Shown piece after piece: positions 8,754 to 17,830 of a stretch of 32,000 nt of DNA (positions are counted from its first letter, which is position 1; each line of letters opens with the position of its first letter). The notes below the pieces were generated by a model. The model did not search any database. It saw only the letters and a program-made list of their open reading frames with translations, and was not told where the DNA came from. Source of the DNA: Halomicrobium mukohataei DSM 12286 (lineage in GTDB: Archaea; Halobacteriota; Halobacteria; Halobacteriales; Haloarculaceae); the NCBI RefSeq assembly GCF_000023965.1, contig NC_013202.1, forward strand, positions 1,200,001 to 1,232,000, written 5' to 3'. The translations under genes and the position numbers were made by a program.

Positions 8754-9826
8754 CCGTACGCTTCGAAGAACAGAACTGGGAAAGCGCAAACTACGAGTAC
8801 GTCATCACGCGTGTCCGCTCTCGTCGGGCGAAGCTGTTCGACGACGACGACTACCGGAAGCTCGTCCGTATGGGTCCCTCCGAGATCTCCCGGTTCATGG
8901 AGGAGACGGAGTACGAGACCGAGATGAACGCCCTGGGAGCGCGATACAGTGGCGTCGACCTCGTCGAGTACGCGCTAAACCGGAACCTCGCCAAGCACTT
9001 CGAGGACCTGCTGCGCTGGTCGGACGGGCGACTGTACGACTACGTCGCCCGCTACCTCCGGAAGTTCGACGTGTGGAACGTCAAGACGATCGTCCGGGGG
9101 ATCTACTCCGAGGCCGACGCCAAGGAGGTCGAAGACGACCTGATTCGTGCCGGCGAACTGTCCGAGCAGCTGCTCGACCAGCTCGTCGCCGCCGGTTCGA
9201 TCGAGGAGGTCGTCGAACTCCTCGACGGCACGATCTTCGGCGACGACCTCGCCGAGGCGTACCAGGACTACGAGGACAGCGGCGTACTCGTCCCGCTGGA
9301 GAACGCGCTCGACCGGGCGTTCTACGACGTGTTGCTCTCGGGGCTGCCCACGCAGCCGGAAGTCGACTCTCCGACTGGCCTGTACGTCTCCTTTCTCACG
9401 GCCGAGATCGACTTCCGGAACCTCCGGAACGCCCTTCGACTCGCTCGCAGCGGGGCGGAGATCGATCCGGCCGAGTACCACATCGAGGGCGGTCGCCTGT
9501 TCGACGCCGACGAGATCGGCGCACTCGCAACGAGCACCGACCAGCTCGTCCAGCGGGTTCGTGAGAGCACGTACGGCGACGACCTTGACGCGGCACTCGA
9601 CACCCTCGAAGCGGCCGACAGCCTCATCGAGTTCGAGTACGCCCTCGACGCGGCACTGCTCGAGTACTCCGATCAGCTGTCGAACCGCTACCCGCTGTCG
9701 GTCTGTCCGGTCTTATCCTACATCCTCGCCAAGGAGCGCGAGGTCGACAACATCCGAGCGATCGCTCGGGGCCGCGAGGCCGGACTCGACAGCGACGAGA
9801 TCGAACAGGAGCTGGTGATACTATGA
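8750..9826 (+). CDS. atpC: A-type ATP synthase subunit C
   Basis: 358 aa, with NYEYVITRVRSRRAKL and YILAKEREVDNIRAIARG typical of the V/A-type C (d) subunit. ATGA overlap with atpF. Confidence 0.85.
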   Translation: MTVRFEEQNWESANYEYVITRVRSRRAKLFDDDDYRKLVRMGPSEISRFMEETEYETEMNALGARYSGVDLVEYALNRNLAKHFEDLLRWSDGRLYDYVARYLRKFDVWNVKTIVRGIYSEADAKEVEDDLIRAGELSEQLLDQLVAAGSIEEVVELLDGTIFGDDLAEAYQDYEDSGVLVPLENALDRAFYDVLLSGLPTQPEVDSPTGLYVSFLTAEIDFRNLRNALRLARSGAEIDPAEYHIEGGRLFDADEIGALATSTDQLVQRVRESTYGDDLDAALDTLEAADSLIEFEYALDAALLEYSDQLSNRYPLSVCPVLSYILAKEREVDNIRAIARGREAGLDSDEIEQELVIL

Positions 9827-10146
9827 GTCAGGAGATCGGTGTCATCGGCAGTCCCGACTTCACGACGGGGTTCCGGCTGGCCGGCGTACGGAAGTTCGCC
9901 GACGTGCCGGACGCCGACAAAGACGAGGAACTCGACGCTGCCGTCGAGGAGATGCTCGACGACGAGGAGATCGGTATCATCGTGATGCACGACGACGACC
10001 TTGAGCACCTCTCGCGCGGGGTGCGCAAGGACGCCGAGACGAGCGTCGAACCGGTGATGGTGACACTCGGCGGCGGCACCGGCAGTGGTGGCCTGCGCGA
10101 CCAGATCAAACGCGCGATCGGAATCGACCTGATGGAGGAAGACTAA
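9823..10146 (+). CDS. atpF: A-type ATP synthase subunit F
   Basis: 107 aa, [18 protein letters not shown]. Position between atpC and atpA. Confidence 0.85.
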   Translation: MSQEIGVIGSPDFTTGFRLAGVRKFADVPDADKDEELDAAVEEMLDDEEIGIIVMHDDDLEHLSRGVRKDAETSVEPVMVTLGGGTGSGGLRDQIKRAIGIDLMEED

Positions 10147-10147
10147 T

Positions 10148-11908
10148 ATGAGTCAAGCGACAGAATCCGACGTCCGTGAAGACGGCGTCATCGACAGCGT
10201 CTCGGGGCCAGTCGTCACGGCGACCGGCCTCGACGCCCGGATGAACGACGTGGTGTACGTCGGTTCGGAAGGGCTGATGGGCGAAGTGATCGAGATCGAA
10301 GGCGACATCACCACGATCCAGGTGTACGAAGAGACCTCCGACGTCTCTCCGGGCGAACCGGTCGAAGGGACCGGTTCCCCACTGTCCGTCGACCTGGGTC
10401 CAGGGATGCTGGACGCGATCTACGACGGCGTCCAGCGCCCGCTGGACGTTCTCGAAGAGAAGATGGGATCGCCCTACCTCGACCGCGGCGTCGACGCTCC
10501 CGGGATCGACTTAGAGAAGACCTGGGAGTTCGAGCCCGAAGTCGAGGCCGGCGACGAGGTTTCCAGCGGCGACATCGTCGGGACCGTCCCCGAGACGCCC
10601 AGTATCGACCACAAAGTGATGGTGCCTCCCGACTCCGACGGCGGCGAAGTCGTCGCCGCCGAGTCGGGTAACTTCACCGTCGAGGAGCCGGTCGTCGAAC
10701 TCGACACCGGCGAAGAGATCCAGATGCGCCAGGAGTGGCCGGTGCGCCAGCAGCGTCCCTCCGAGGAGAAGCAGACGCCGACCACGCCACTGATCTCCGG
10801 CCAGCGAGTGCTCGACGGTCTGTTCCCCATCGCGAAGGGCGGGACGGCCGCGATTCCCGGTCCTTTCGGGTCCGGGAAGACGGTCACCCAGCACCAGCTC
10901 GCCAAGTGGGCCGACGCGGACATCGTCGTCTACGTCGGCTGTGGCGAGCGTGGCAACGAGATGACCGAAGTGATCGAGGACTTCCCCGAGCTGGAGGATC
11001 CGACCACCGGCAACGCGCTGATGGACCGGACCTGCCTCATCGCGAACACCTCGAACATGCCCGTCGCAGCGCGTGAATCCTGTGTCTACACCGGAATCAC
11101 GATCGCGGAGTACTTCCGTGACATGGGCTACGACGTGGCACTGATGGCCGACTCCACCTCCCGGTGGGCCGAGGCCATGCGGGAGATTTCCTCCCGCCTC
11201 GAAGAGATGCCCGGCGAAGAGGGGTACCCGGCCTATCTCGCCGCGCGCCTCTCGGAGTTCTACGAGCGGGCCGGCTACTTCCAGAACATCAACGGCTCCG
11301 AAGGGTCGGTCTCCGTCATCGGGGCGGTCTCGCCGCCGGGCGGGGACTTCTCCGAACCGGTCACCCAGAACACGCTGCGTATCGTCAAGACGTTCTGGGC
11401 GCTGGACGCGGACCTGGCGGAACGCCGCCACTTCCCGTCGATCAACTGGAACGAGTCGTACTCCCTGTATCGCGACCAGCTCGACCCGTGGTTCGTCGAG
11501 AACGTCCGCGACGACTGGCCCGAGAAGCGCCAGTGGGGCATCGACACCCTCGACGAGGAAGCGGAACTTCAGGAGATCGTCCAGCTCGTCGGGAAGGACG
11601 CGCTGCCGGAAGACCAGCAGCTCACGCTGGAAGTCGCACGCTACCTGCGTGAGGCGTGGCTCCAGCAGAACGCGTTCCACCCGACGGACACCTACTGTGA
11701 GCCCGAGAAGACCTACCGTATCCTCGACGCCATCAAGACCTACAACGACGAGGCGTTCGACGCGCTCGACGCCGGGGTCCCGGTCGAGGAGCTGACGGAT
11801 CTCGAGACCGTCCCGCGGCTCAACCGGATCGGTGTCCAGGAGGAGTACAACGAGTACATCGACGAACTCGAAGCGGACATCGAGAGCGAAATTCAGGAGC
11901 TGTACTAA
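10148..11908 (+). CDS. atpA: A-type ATP synthase catalytic subunit A
   Basis: 586 aa with Walker [24 protein letters not shown] and the non-homologous region typical of A subunits. No intein-sized insertion. Confidence 0.97.
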   Translation: MSQATESDVREDGVIDSVSGPVVTATGLDARMNDVVYVGSEGLMGEVIEIEGDITTIQVYEETSDVSPGEPVEGTGSPLSVDLGPGMLDAIYDGVQRPLDVLEEKMGSPYLDRGVDAPGIDLEKTWEFEPEVEAGDEVSSGDIVGTVPETPSIDHKVMVPPDSDGGEVVAAESGNFTVEEPVVELDTGEEIQMRQEWPVRQQRPSEEKQTPTTPLISGQRVLDGLFPIAKGGTAAIPGPFGSGKTVTQHQLAKWADADIVVYVGCGERGNEMTEVIEDFPELEDPTTGNALMDRTCLIANTSNMPVAARESCVYTGITIAEYFRDMGYDVALMADSTSRWAEAMREISSRLEEMPGEEGYPAYLAARLSEFYERAGYFQNINGSEGSVSVIGAVSPPGGDFSEPVTQNTLRIVKTFWALDADLAERRHFPSINWNESYSLYRDQLDPWFVENVRDDWPEKRQWGIDTLDEEAELQEIVQLVGKDALPEDQQLTLEVARYLREAWLQQNAFHPTDTYCEPEKTYRILDAIKTYNDEAFDALDAGVPVEELTDLETVPRLNRIGVQEEYNEYIDELEADIESEIQELY

Positions 11909-11910
11909 CG

Positions 11911-13326
11911 ATGAAGAAAGAATACGAGACAATCACGGAGATCAGCGGCCCGCTGGTGTTCGCGGAAGTCGACGAGCCGGTCGGCTACGACGAGATCGTC
12001 GAGATCGACACCGGCGACGGCGACGTTCGCCGCGGCCAGGTGCTGGAATCGACGAGCGACTACGTCGCGATCCAGGTCTTCGAGGGAACGACGGGGATCG
12101 ACCGCAACTCCTCCGTTCGCTTCCTCGGCGAGACGATGAAGATGAAGCTCACCGAGGACCTGCTGGGGCGTGTCCTCAGCGGTTCCGGTGACCCGATCGA
12201 CGGTGGTCCCGAGATCGAACCGGACGAGCGTCGTGACATCGTCGGCAAGGCGATCAACCCCTACTCCCGGGAGTACCCCGAGGAGTTCATCCAGACCGGC
12301 GTCTCCGGTATCGACGGGATGAACACCCTCGTGCGCGGACAGAAACTGCCGATCTTCTCGGCGTCGGGGCTGCCCCACAACGATCTGGCACTCCAGATCG
12401 CCCGTCAGGCCAGCGTCCCGGAAGAGGAGGAAGGCGACGACGACGAGGGGTCGGAGTTCGCAGTGATCTTCGGGGCGATGGGGATCACCCAGGAAGAGGC
12501 AAACGAGTTCATGGACGACTTCGAGCGCACCGGCGCACTCGAACGCTCCGTCGTCTTCATGAACCTCGCAGACGACCCGGCCGTCGAGCGAACGCTCACC
12601 CCGCGGCTGGCACTGACGACCGCGGAGTACCTCGCCTTCGACAAGGGGTATCACGTGCTCGTGATCCTCACGGACATGACCAACTACTGTGAGGCACTGC
12701 GCGAGATCGGTGCCGCACGAGAAGAGGTCCCGGGTCGCCGTGGCTACCCCGGATACATGTACACCGACCTGGCACAGCTCTACGAGCGTGCGGGTCGAAT
12801 CGAGGGTCGCGAGGGCTCTGTCACCCAGATCCCGATCCTCACGATGCCGGGCGACGACGACACGCACCCGATCCCGGACCTGACCGGCTACATCACGGAG
12901 GGCCAGATCTACATCGATCGGGACCTCAACAGCCAGGGGATCGAACCGCCGATCAACGTCCTGCCGAGCCTCTCGCGGCTGATGGACGACGGGATCGGCG
13001 AGGGACTGACCCGTGTCGACCACGCGGACGTGAAAGACCAGATCTTCGCCGCCTACGCGGAAGGTGAGGACCTGCGCGACCTCGTCAACATCGTCGGCCG
13101 CGAGGCGCTGTCGGACCTGGACAACAAGTACCTCGACTTCGCCGACCGGTTCGAGACGGAGTTCGTCGACCAGGGGATCGACACCGATCGCTCCATCGAC
13201 GAGACGCTCGAACTCGGCTGGGACCTCCTCTCGATGCTCCCAAAGGACGCACTCAACCGTATCGACGAGGAGCTGATCGAGGAACACTACCGCGAAGACG
13301 AGACCCAGGAAGTCACCGCGGACTGA
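11911..13326 (+). CDS. atpB: A-type ATP synthase subunit B
   Basis: 471 aa: [60 protein letters not shown]. Confidence 0.97.
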   Translation: MKKEYETITEISGPLVFAEVDEPVGYDEIVEIDTGDGDVRRGQVLESTSDYVAIQVFEGTTGIDRNSSVRFLGETMKMKLTEDLLGRVLSGSGDPIDGGPEIEPDERRDIVGKAINPYSREYPEEFIQTGVSGIDGMNTLVRGQKLPIFSASGLPHNDLALQIARQASVPEEEEGDDDEGSEFAVIFGAMGITQEEANEFMDDFERTGALERSVVFMNLADDPAVERTLTPRLALTTAEYLAFDKGYHVLVILTDMTNYCEALREIGAAREEVPGRRGYPGYMYTDLAQLYERAGRIEGREGSVTQIPILTMPGDDDTHPIPDLTGYITEGQIYIDRDLNSQGIEPPINVLPSLSRLMDDGIGEGLTRVDHADVKDQIFAAYAEGEDLRDLVNIVGREALSDLDNKYLDFADRFETEFVDQGIDTDRSIDETLELGWDLLSMLPKDALNRIDEELIEEHYREDETQEVTAD

Positions 13327-13343
13327 CGCTCCGTTTCCGTCTA

Positions 13344-13349
13344 TTTTTT
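13344..13349 (+). terminator. Oligo-T tract (T6) downstream of atpB
   Basis: CTATTTTTTGCC lies 18 nt after the atpB stop. Archaeal RNA polymerase terminates at oligo-T runs. Confidence 0.5.
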
Positions 13350-13383
13350 GCCAGTCGTGATCTGGTCGCCAGCGGCCGCACTT

Positions 13384-13409
13384 TCTCGGTGCGACAGTCT
13401 CGGTGCGAC
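13384..13409 (+). repeat. Tandem direct repeat 2 x TCTCGGTGCGAC (2-nt spacer) upstream of bop
   Basis: Identical 12-mers at 13384-13395 and 13398-13409, read directly from the sequence. Confidence 0.8.
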
Positions 13410-13587
13410 CCGTTCGAGCGCCGAGTGGTCGTCTTCGGAGAGGACGGCGAGTCCCACCGCCGTGCTGTGGTTTCCCTTTCGGCAGATTTTGCCGCACGGA
13501 CGAAGCCGCTCTCCCCGGTGTCTGTGTTTGATTCGCGTCTCCTCGCCGGGCTCGGGAAGGCGTACCAATCCCTGTTGGCATGGGCTG

Positions 13588-13593
13588 TTTAAG
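13588..13593 (+). promoter_or_regulatory. TATA-like box (TTTAAG) upstream of bop
   Basis: Centred about 30 nt upstream of the ATG at 13621, consistent with a leaderless or short-leader haloarchaeal transcript. Confidence 0.4.
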
Positions 13594-13620
13594 TGTCGGG
13601 CCGTTATTACAACATGAACC

Positions 13621-14388
13621 ATGTTACAGTCTGGCATGAGCACGTACGTACCGGGCGGCGAAAGCATATTCCTGTGGGTCGGGACGGCAGGAATGTTCCT
13701 GGGGATGTTGTACTTCATCGCCCGGGGCTGGAGTGTCTCCGACCAGCGTCGCCAGAAGTTCTACATCGCGACGATCATGATCGCCGCGATCGCCTTCGTG
13801 AACTACCTCTCGATGGCACTGGGTTTCGGTGTCACGACCATCGAACTCGGCGGCGAGGAACGGGCGATCTACTGGGCGAGATACACCGACTGGCTGTTCA
13901 CGACGCCGTTGCTGCTGTACGACCTCGCCCTGCTGGCGGGGGCCGACCGGAACACGATCTACTCGCTGGTCGGTCTGGACGTGCTGATGATCGGTACCGG
14001 CGCGCTCGCGACGCTGTCGGCGGGTTCGGGCGTCCTCCCGGCGGGTGCCGAACGCCTCGTCTGGTGGGGTATCAGCACCGGCTTCCTGCTGGTCCTGCTG
14101 TACTTCCTGTTCAGCAACCTCACCGACCGAGCGAGCGAGCTCTCGGGTGACTTGCAGTCGAAGTTCTCGACGCTGCGCAACCTGGTGCTGGTCCTGTGGC
14201 TCGTGTACCCCGTCCTGTGGTTGGTCGGGACCGAGGGCCTCGGACTCGTCGGCCTCCCGATCGAGACGGCCGCGTTCATGGTGCTCGACCTGACCGCCAA
14301 GATCGGCTTCGGTATCATCCTGCTCCAGAGTCACGCGGTCCTCGACGAGGGCCAGACCGCGTCGGAAGGCGCAGCCGTCGCCGACTGA
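13621..14388 (+). CDS. bop: Bacteriorhodopsin (light-driven outward proton pump, cruxrhodopsin-like)
   Basis: Seven-TM opsin. [19 protein letters not shown] carries the R82/D85/T89/D96 equivalents (DTD motif). [14 protein letters not shown] and IETAAF carry the W182/Y185/W189 and E194/E204 equivalents. [11 protein letters not shown] carries D212 and the Schiff-base Lys. Start may be 13621 (MLQSGM) or 13636 (MSTYV). Confidence 0.93.
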
Positions 14389-14537
14389 TCGCGGCTCCCC
14401 TCTCGCCACTCCAGTCGAAACACTCAGGGCGATCTGCCCGATAGTGTGACCGAGCGGACCGTGGTCGCCACGGCGGTCCGCCCGACGCACCGTCCGCACA
14501 GCGCCGTCTCAGTACATCCGCGTTTCAGTACGTCACA

Positions 14538-15272
14538 ATGGCCGCTTTCACATACGTCCAATTTCACGCGCTGTTCGTCCTCCCGGCGCTTGCGGTGCTC
14601 GTGGGGGTAGCGGGAATGCGCTCGCGCGCGACACGAAGCGAGGTCCGCCCCCTCGCCGTCGCCGTCATCATCGCAGTAGCGATGCTGTACACCGTGCCCT
14701 GGGACAACTACCTCATCTTGCGGGGCGTCTGGTCCTACGGCACCGACAGCGTCGCGGCCGTCATCTGGCACGCGCCCATCGAGGAGTACCTGTTTATCCT
14801 CTTGCAGCCACTGGTCGCCGCGCTGTGGCTGCACGTGATCTCGCCGGGGATGCCGGCGAACGACGAGACGACGGTCTCCGCTCGTGATCGGGTGGTCGGG
14901 GCTGCGGCGGGAGCGCTCGTCGGTCTCGTCGGCGTGGCTCTCCTCACGAGCGACGCGACCTTCTACCTCGGTGCGATCGTCGCCTGGAGCGGCCCGGTGC
15001 TCGCGCTCCAGTGGGCCGTCGGATGGCCGTACCTCCTCGCTCGGGGACAGACGCTCGTCGTAGCCGTCTTCGCGCCGACGGCGTACCTCTGGATCGCGGA
15101 TCGCGTCGCCCTGGAGTCGGGCATCTGGATCCTCTCGGAGCAGTACACGACGGGGCTGGCCGTCCTCGGCCTGCCACTCGAAGAGGCCGCGTTCTTCCTC
15201 GTGACAAACGTCTTCGTCGTACAGGGGTTGCTGTTGTACCCGTGGGTGATCGACCGATGGCGGTCGAGGTAA
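14538..15272 (+). CDS. crtY: Lycopene beta-cyclase (fused CrtYc/CrtYd-type lycopene cyclase domain protein)
   Basis: 244 aa polytopic protein with duplicated lycopene-cyclase-domain blocks ([26 protein letters not shown], then [19 protein letters not shown]). Adjacent to bop and blh. Confidence 0.85.
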   Translation: MAAFTYVQFHALFVLPALAVLVGVAGMRSRATRSEVRPLAVAVIIAVAMLYTVPWDNYLILRGVWSYGTDSVAAVIWHAPIEEYLFILLQPLVAALWLHVISPGMPANDETTVSARDRVVGAAAGALVGLVGVALLTSDATFYLGAIVAWSGPVLALQWAVGWPYLLARGQTLVVAVFAPTAYLWIADRVALESGIWILSEQYTTGLAVLGLPLEEAAFFLVTNVFVVQGLLLYPWVIDRWRSR

Positions 15273-16306
15273 CCGCCGATCGGGGCCGACGGCTGCGGTC
15301 GGGCCGTCGACGCCTCGCTCGCTGGACCTTTCTGCCGGCCTGGCTGGTGCTCGGTGCTGTCACGGTCGCCCACATCCTGGGCGTGTCGACCGCCGTTCCG
15401 GTTCGCTACGGCGTCTTGCTGGTGACGCTGCTCTGTTTCGGACTGCCACACGGCGCTGCCGACCACCACTCGGTCGCACGAACGCTCGGCGTCGACCTCA
15501 CGCCTCGGTTCCTCGCGGCGTTCTGTGCGGGGTATCTCGGACTCGCAGTGCTGTACACCGCCGTCTGGTTCCTCGCACCGGCCCTCGCGTTCGTCGCCTT
15601 CGTCGCACTGACGTGGTTTCACTGGGGACAGGGCGACGTGTATCCGCTGGCGACACTCGCCGACGGTCGCCACCTCGACAATCGAGCCGTCGCAGCGCTG
15701 ACGGTAGTCGTCCGCGGCGGCCTCCCGATGTTGGTCCCGCTCGTCTTCTTTCCGGATCGATACGCCGCTGTCGCCCGGACGGTCGTCTCGCTGTTCGACC
15801 CCGGTCGGACCGGGTCGCTCGCGCCGCTGTTCACCCAGGAGGCGGGCATCGTCGCCGGGGTCGGATTCGCCGCCATCACGGTGGTGACGCTGGCAGCCGG
15901 GCTCGCAGTGGCCGGTCCGAGACGCGCCTGGCTCCTCGACGCCGCCGAGACGGCGCTGCTGTGGGGCTTTTTCGCGGTCGTTCCGCCGGTCCTCGCGATC
16001 GGGGTCTACTTCGCCCTGTGGCACTCGGTACGCCACATCGCCCGGCTGACCGAACTCGACGGGGTCGCGCTGGCGGCACTGGACCGCGGTGCCGTCGCCC
16101 GTGTGGTCGGTCGCTTCACGCGAGACGCGCTTCCGGCGACGGTCGGCGCAGTCGTCCTGTTTGGCGGCCTCGCACTGGCCGTTCCGACGACGGTGGCCGG
16201 CGTCTCCGAGGTCGGCGGGCTGTATCTCGTCTTGCTCGCGGTGCTGACCCTGCCCCACGTCGTCGTCGTCACCTGGCTCGACGTGCGACAGGGAATTTGG
16301 GGGTAA
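15257..16306 (+). CDS. blh: Brp/Blh family beta-carotene 15,15'-dioxygenase (retinal synthesis)
   Basis: In-frame ATG at 15257 within track ORF 15011..16306 ([10 protein letters not shown]). Membrane protein with the four conserved His blocks [26 protein letters not shown] and LTLPHVVVV. Overlaps the crtY 3' end by 16 nt. Confidence 0.85.
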   Translation: MAVEVTADRGRRLRSGRRRLARWTFLPAWLVLGAVTVAHILGVSTAVPVRYGVLLVTLLCFGLPHGAADHHSVARTLGVDLTPRFLAAFCAGYLGLAVLYTAVWFLAPALAFVAFVALTWFHWGQGDVYPLATLADGRHLDNRAVAALTVVVRGGLPMLVPLVFFPDRYAAVARTVVSLFDPGRTGSLAPLFTQEAGIVAGVGFAAITVVTLAAGLAVAGPRRAWLLDAAETALLWGFFAVVPPVLAIGVYFALWHSVRHIARLTELDGVALAALDRGAVARVVGRFTRDALPATVGAVVLFGGLALAVPTTVAGVSEVGGLYLVLLAVLTLPHVVVVTWLDVRQGIWG

Positions 16307-16350
16307 CGACCGCGTCAGTCGGTGATCGGCCCCGTCCCGGCCGTGGGAAC

Positions 16351-16364
16351 TGTAAAAGGTTATC
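16351..16364 (+). promoter_or_regulatory. TATA-like box (TGTAAAAGGTTATC) upstream of atpD
   Basis: Lies 29-35 nt upstream of the atpD ATG at 16390 and implies an atpD-specific promoter. Confidence 0.45.
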
Positions 16365-16389
16365 CGACTGGGCCCGTAACGCCCCGATA

Positions 16390-17085
16390 ATGGCCAAGGA
16401 CGTCAAACCCACCCGGAAAGAGCTGATGCGAATCGAGGATCGCATCGACCTCTCGGAACGGGGCCACGACACGCTGGAGAAGAAACGCGACGGCCTCATC
16501 ATGGAGTTCATGGACATCCTCGACCAGGCACAGGACGTTCGATCCGACCTCGACGACTCCTACGGTCGCGCCCAACACGCGATCAACATGGCTCGGGCGA
16601 TGGACGGCGACGTGGCCGTCCGCGGTGCCGCGGCCGCACTGAAGGAGCATCCTGAGCTGACGACCCAGTCCAAGAACATCATGGGCGTCGTCGTCCCCCA
16701 GATCGAGTCCAGCAAGGTCCGTAAGTCCCTCGACGAGCGTGGATACGGCGTCATGGGTACGTCGGCCCGGATCGACGAGGCCGCCGACGCCTACGAGGAA
16801 CTCATCGAGAACATCATCCTCGCGGCCGAGGTCGAGACCGCGATGAAGAAGATGCTCGAGGAGATCGAGACCACCAAACGCCGCGTCAACGCGCTGGAGT
16901 TCAAGCTGCTGCCCGATCTGTACGACAACAAGGAGTACATCGAGCAGAAGCTCGAAGAACAGGAGCGCGAAGAGATCTTCCGCATGAAGAAGATCAAGAA
17001 CAAGAAAGAGGAAGAGGAGGCTGCAGCCCGCGAGGAAGAGAACGCGGAGGCCGAAGAGGCCGCCGCCGTCGCCGCCGACGACTGA
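16390..17085 (+). CDS. atpD: A-type ATP synthase subunit D (central stalk)
   Basis: ATG at 16390 within track ORF 15613..17085. [40 protein letters not shown] and [14 protein letters not shown] are canonical V/A-type D subunit blocks. Acidic/lysine-rich tail. Confidence 0.9.
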   Translation: MAKDVKPTRKELMRIEDRIDLSERGHDTLEKKRDGLIMEFMDILDQAQDVRSDLDDSYGRAQHAINMARAMDGDVAVRGAAAALKEHPELTTQSKNIMGVVVPQIESSKVRKSLDERGYGVMGTSARIDEAADAYEELIENIILAAEVETAMKKMLEEIETTKRRVNALEFKLLPDLYDNKEYIEQKLEEQEREEIFRMKKIKNKKEEEEAAAREEENAEAEEAAAVAADD

Positions 17086-17087
17086 CC

Positions 17088-17105
17088 GGCGTCGACGCCC
17101 CTTTT
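17088..17105 (+). terminator. Palindrome GGCGTCGACGCC followed by CCTTTT downstream of atpD
   Basis: Perfect 12-nt palindrome 2 nt after the atpD stop, followed by a T4 run. Confidence 0.4.
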
Positions 17106-17145
17106 CGCCGCCGAGCTTTTGCCAGTGCCACGCCCACGTCAGTAC

Positions 17146-17535
17146 ATGGACTGTCCCGAGTGTGGCCACGAGACCGTCGTCTTCGCCGTCGATCCCGAAC
17201 TCCGGGAGTACCTCCCCGGCGATGATCCGGGCGCGTCGCTGTGCCCGCGGTGTCTGTCCGTCCGTCCCGCCGTGGAGCCGCCAGCCAGCGAACCGGACTT
17301 TTCGCCCCTCGGCGACGCGTTTCCCGATGGCGGGGCCGCCGTCCCGATGGCGCTGTTGCTCGGCCTGCTCTCCTCGCTGGCGCTGTATCGCGACGAGATC
17401 GCCGCGCTGCTGGAGCGTGTCGAGCGTGCCGGCACCGATCCACTGCTGGTGATCGATAGACTCGACGCCGATCCCGGGATCGAGAGCGAGGTCGACCTCG
17501 GCCGTCGTCGCCACCAGCTCGAACAACTGCTGTGA
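17146..17535 (+). CDS. Small zinc-ribbon protein of unknown function (conserved haloarchaeal type)
   Basis: MDCPECGHETVVF...CPRCLS forms a CxxC-x(n)-CxxC ribbon followed by a hydrophobic/helical C-terminal half. The track ORF starts at a TTG at 17119; I prefer the ATG at 17146. Confidence 0.6.
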   Translation: MDCPECGHETVVFAVDPELREYLPGDDPGASLCPRCLSVRPAVEPPASEPDFSPLGDAFPDGGAAVPMALLLGLLSSLALYRDEIAALLERVERAGTDPLLVIDRLDADPGIESEVDLGRRRHQLEQLL

Positions 17536-17817
17536 CGATCTCGCGGGGATCGTCGGCGGAACCAAACTAGTAAGGTATCGGTTATTTATATGTATGGGCT
17601 ATACAACCATGTGCGGCATCAGGACGTGGACGTTCCAGTCCACGACGCCACAGCGGTGTTGTGCCCACTCACCATCCCCACCCCACCACAACATCATCCT
17701 TCCCATGCCACCTTGGACGTGCCGCACCCGGTCGCCCTGTCCCGGGCGACCGTGCCTCTGACTTTCGGACGGTTCACACGAAGCGCCAGCCATCGCTTCC
17801 CGTCCGTCTTTGCACCG

Positions 17818-17822
17818 AAAAA
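17818..17822 (-). terminator. Oligo-T (T5 on minus strand) downstream of prf1
   Basis: The minus strand reads TAACGGACGCGTTTTTCGG. The T5 run begins 9 nt after the aRF1 stop codon. Confidence 0.45.
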
Positions 17823-17830
17823 CGCGTCCG

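Noticed and set aside
13341-13620. Minus-strand small ORF upstream of bop ([18 protein letters not shown]...HRHRGERLRPCGKICRKG...) as a Brz-like Zn-finger regulator
   Set aside because: By hand count only about two thirds of its third codon positions are G/C, visibly lower than the real genes appear. The His/Cys spacing matches no motif I can name. The ORF overlaps the atpB terminator and the bop promoter. It is not supportable without homology evidence.
14455-14480. Hairpin CGGACC-GTGG-TCG-CCAC-GGC-GGTCCG downstream of bop as a terminator
   Set aside because: The stem is interrupted by a 3-nt bulge, no oligo-T run follows, and such stems arise easily in GC-rich DNA. The evidence is insufficient.
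17664-17710. G-quadruplex on the minus strand of the C-rich tract
   Set aside because: Only GGGG-T-GGGG is tightly spaced. The other G-runs need loops of 9 and about 17 nt, so a canonical G4 is not convincing.
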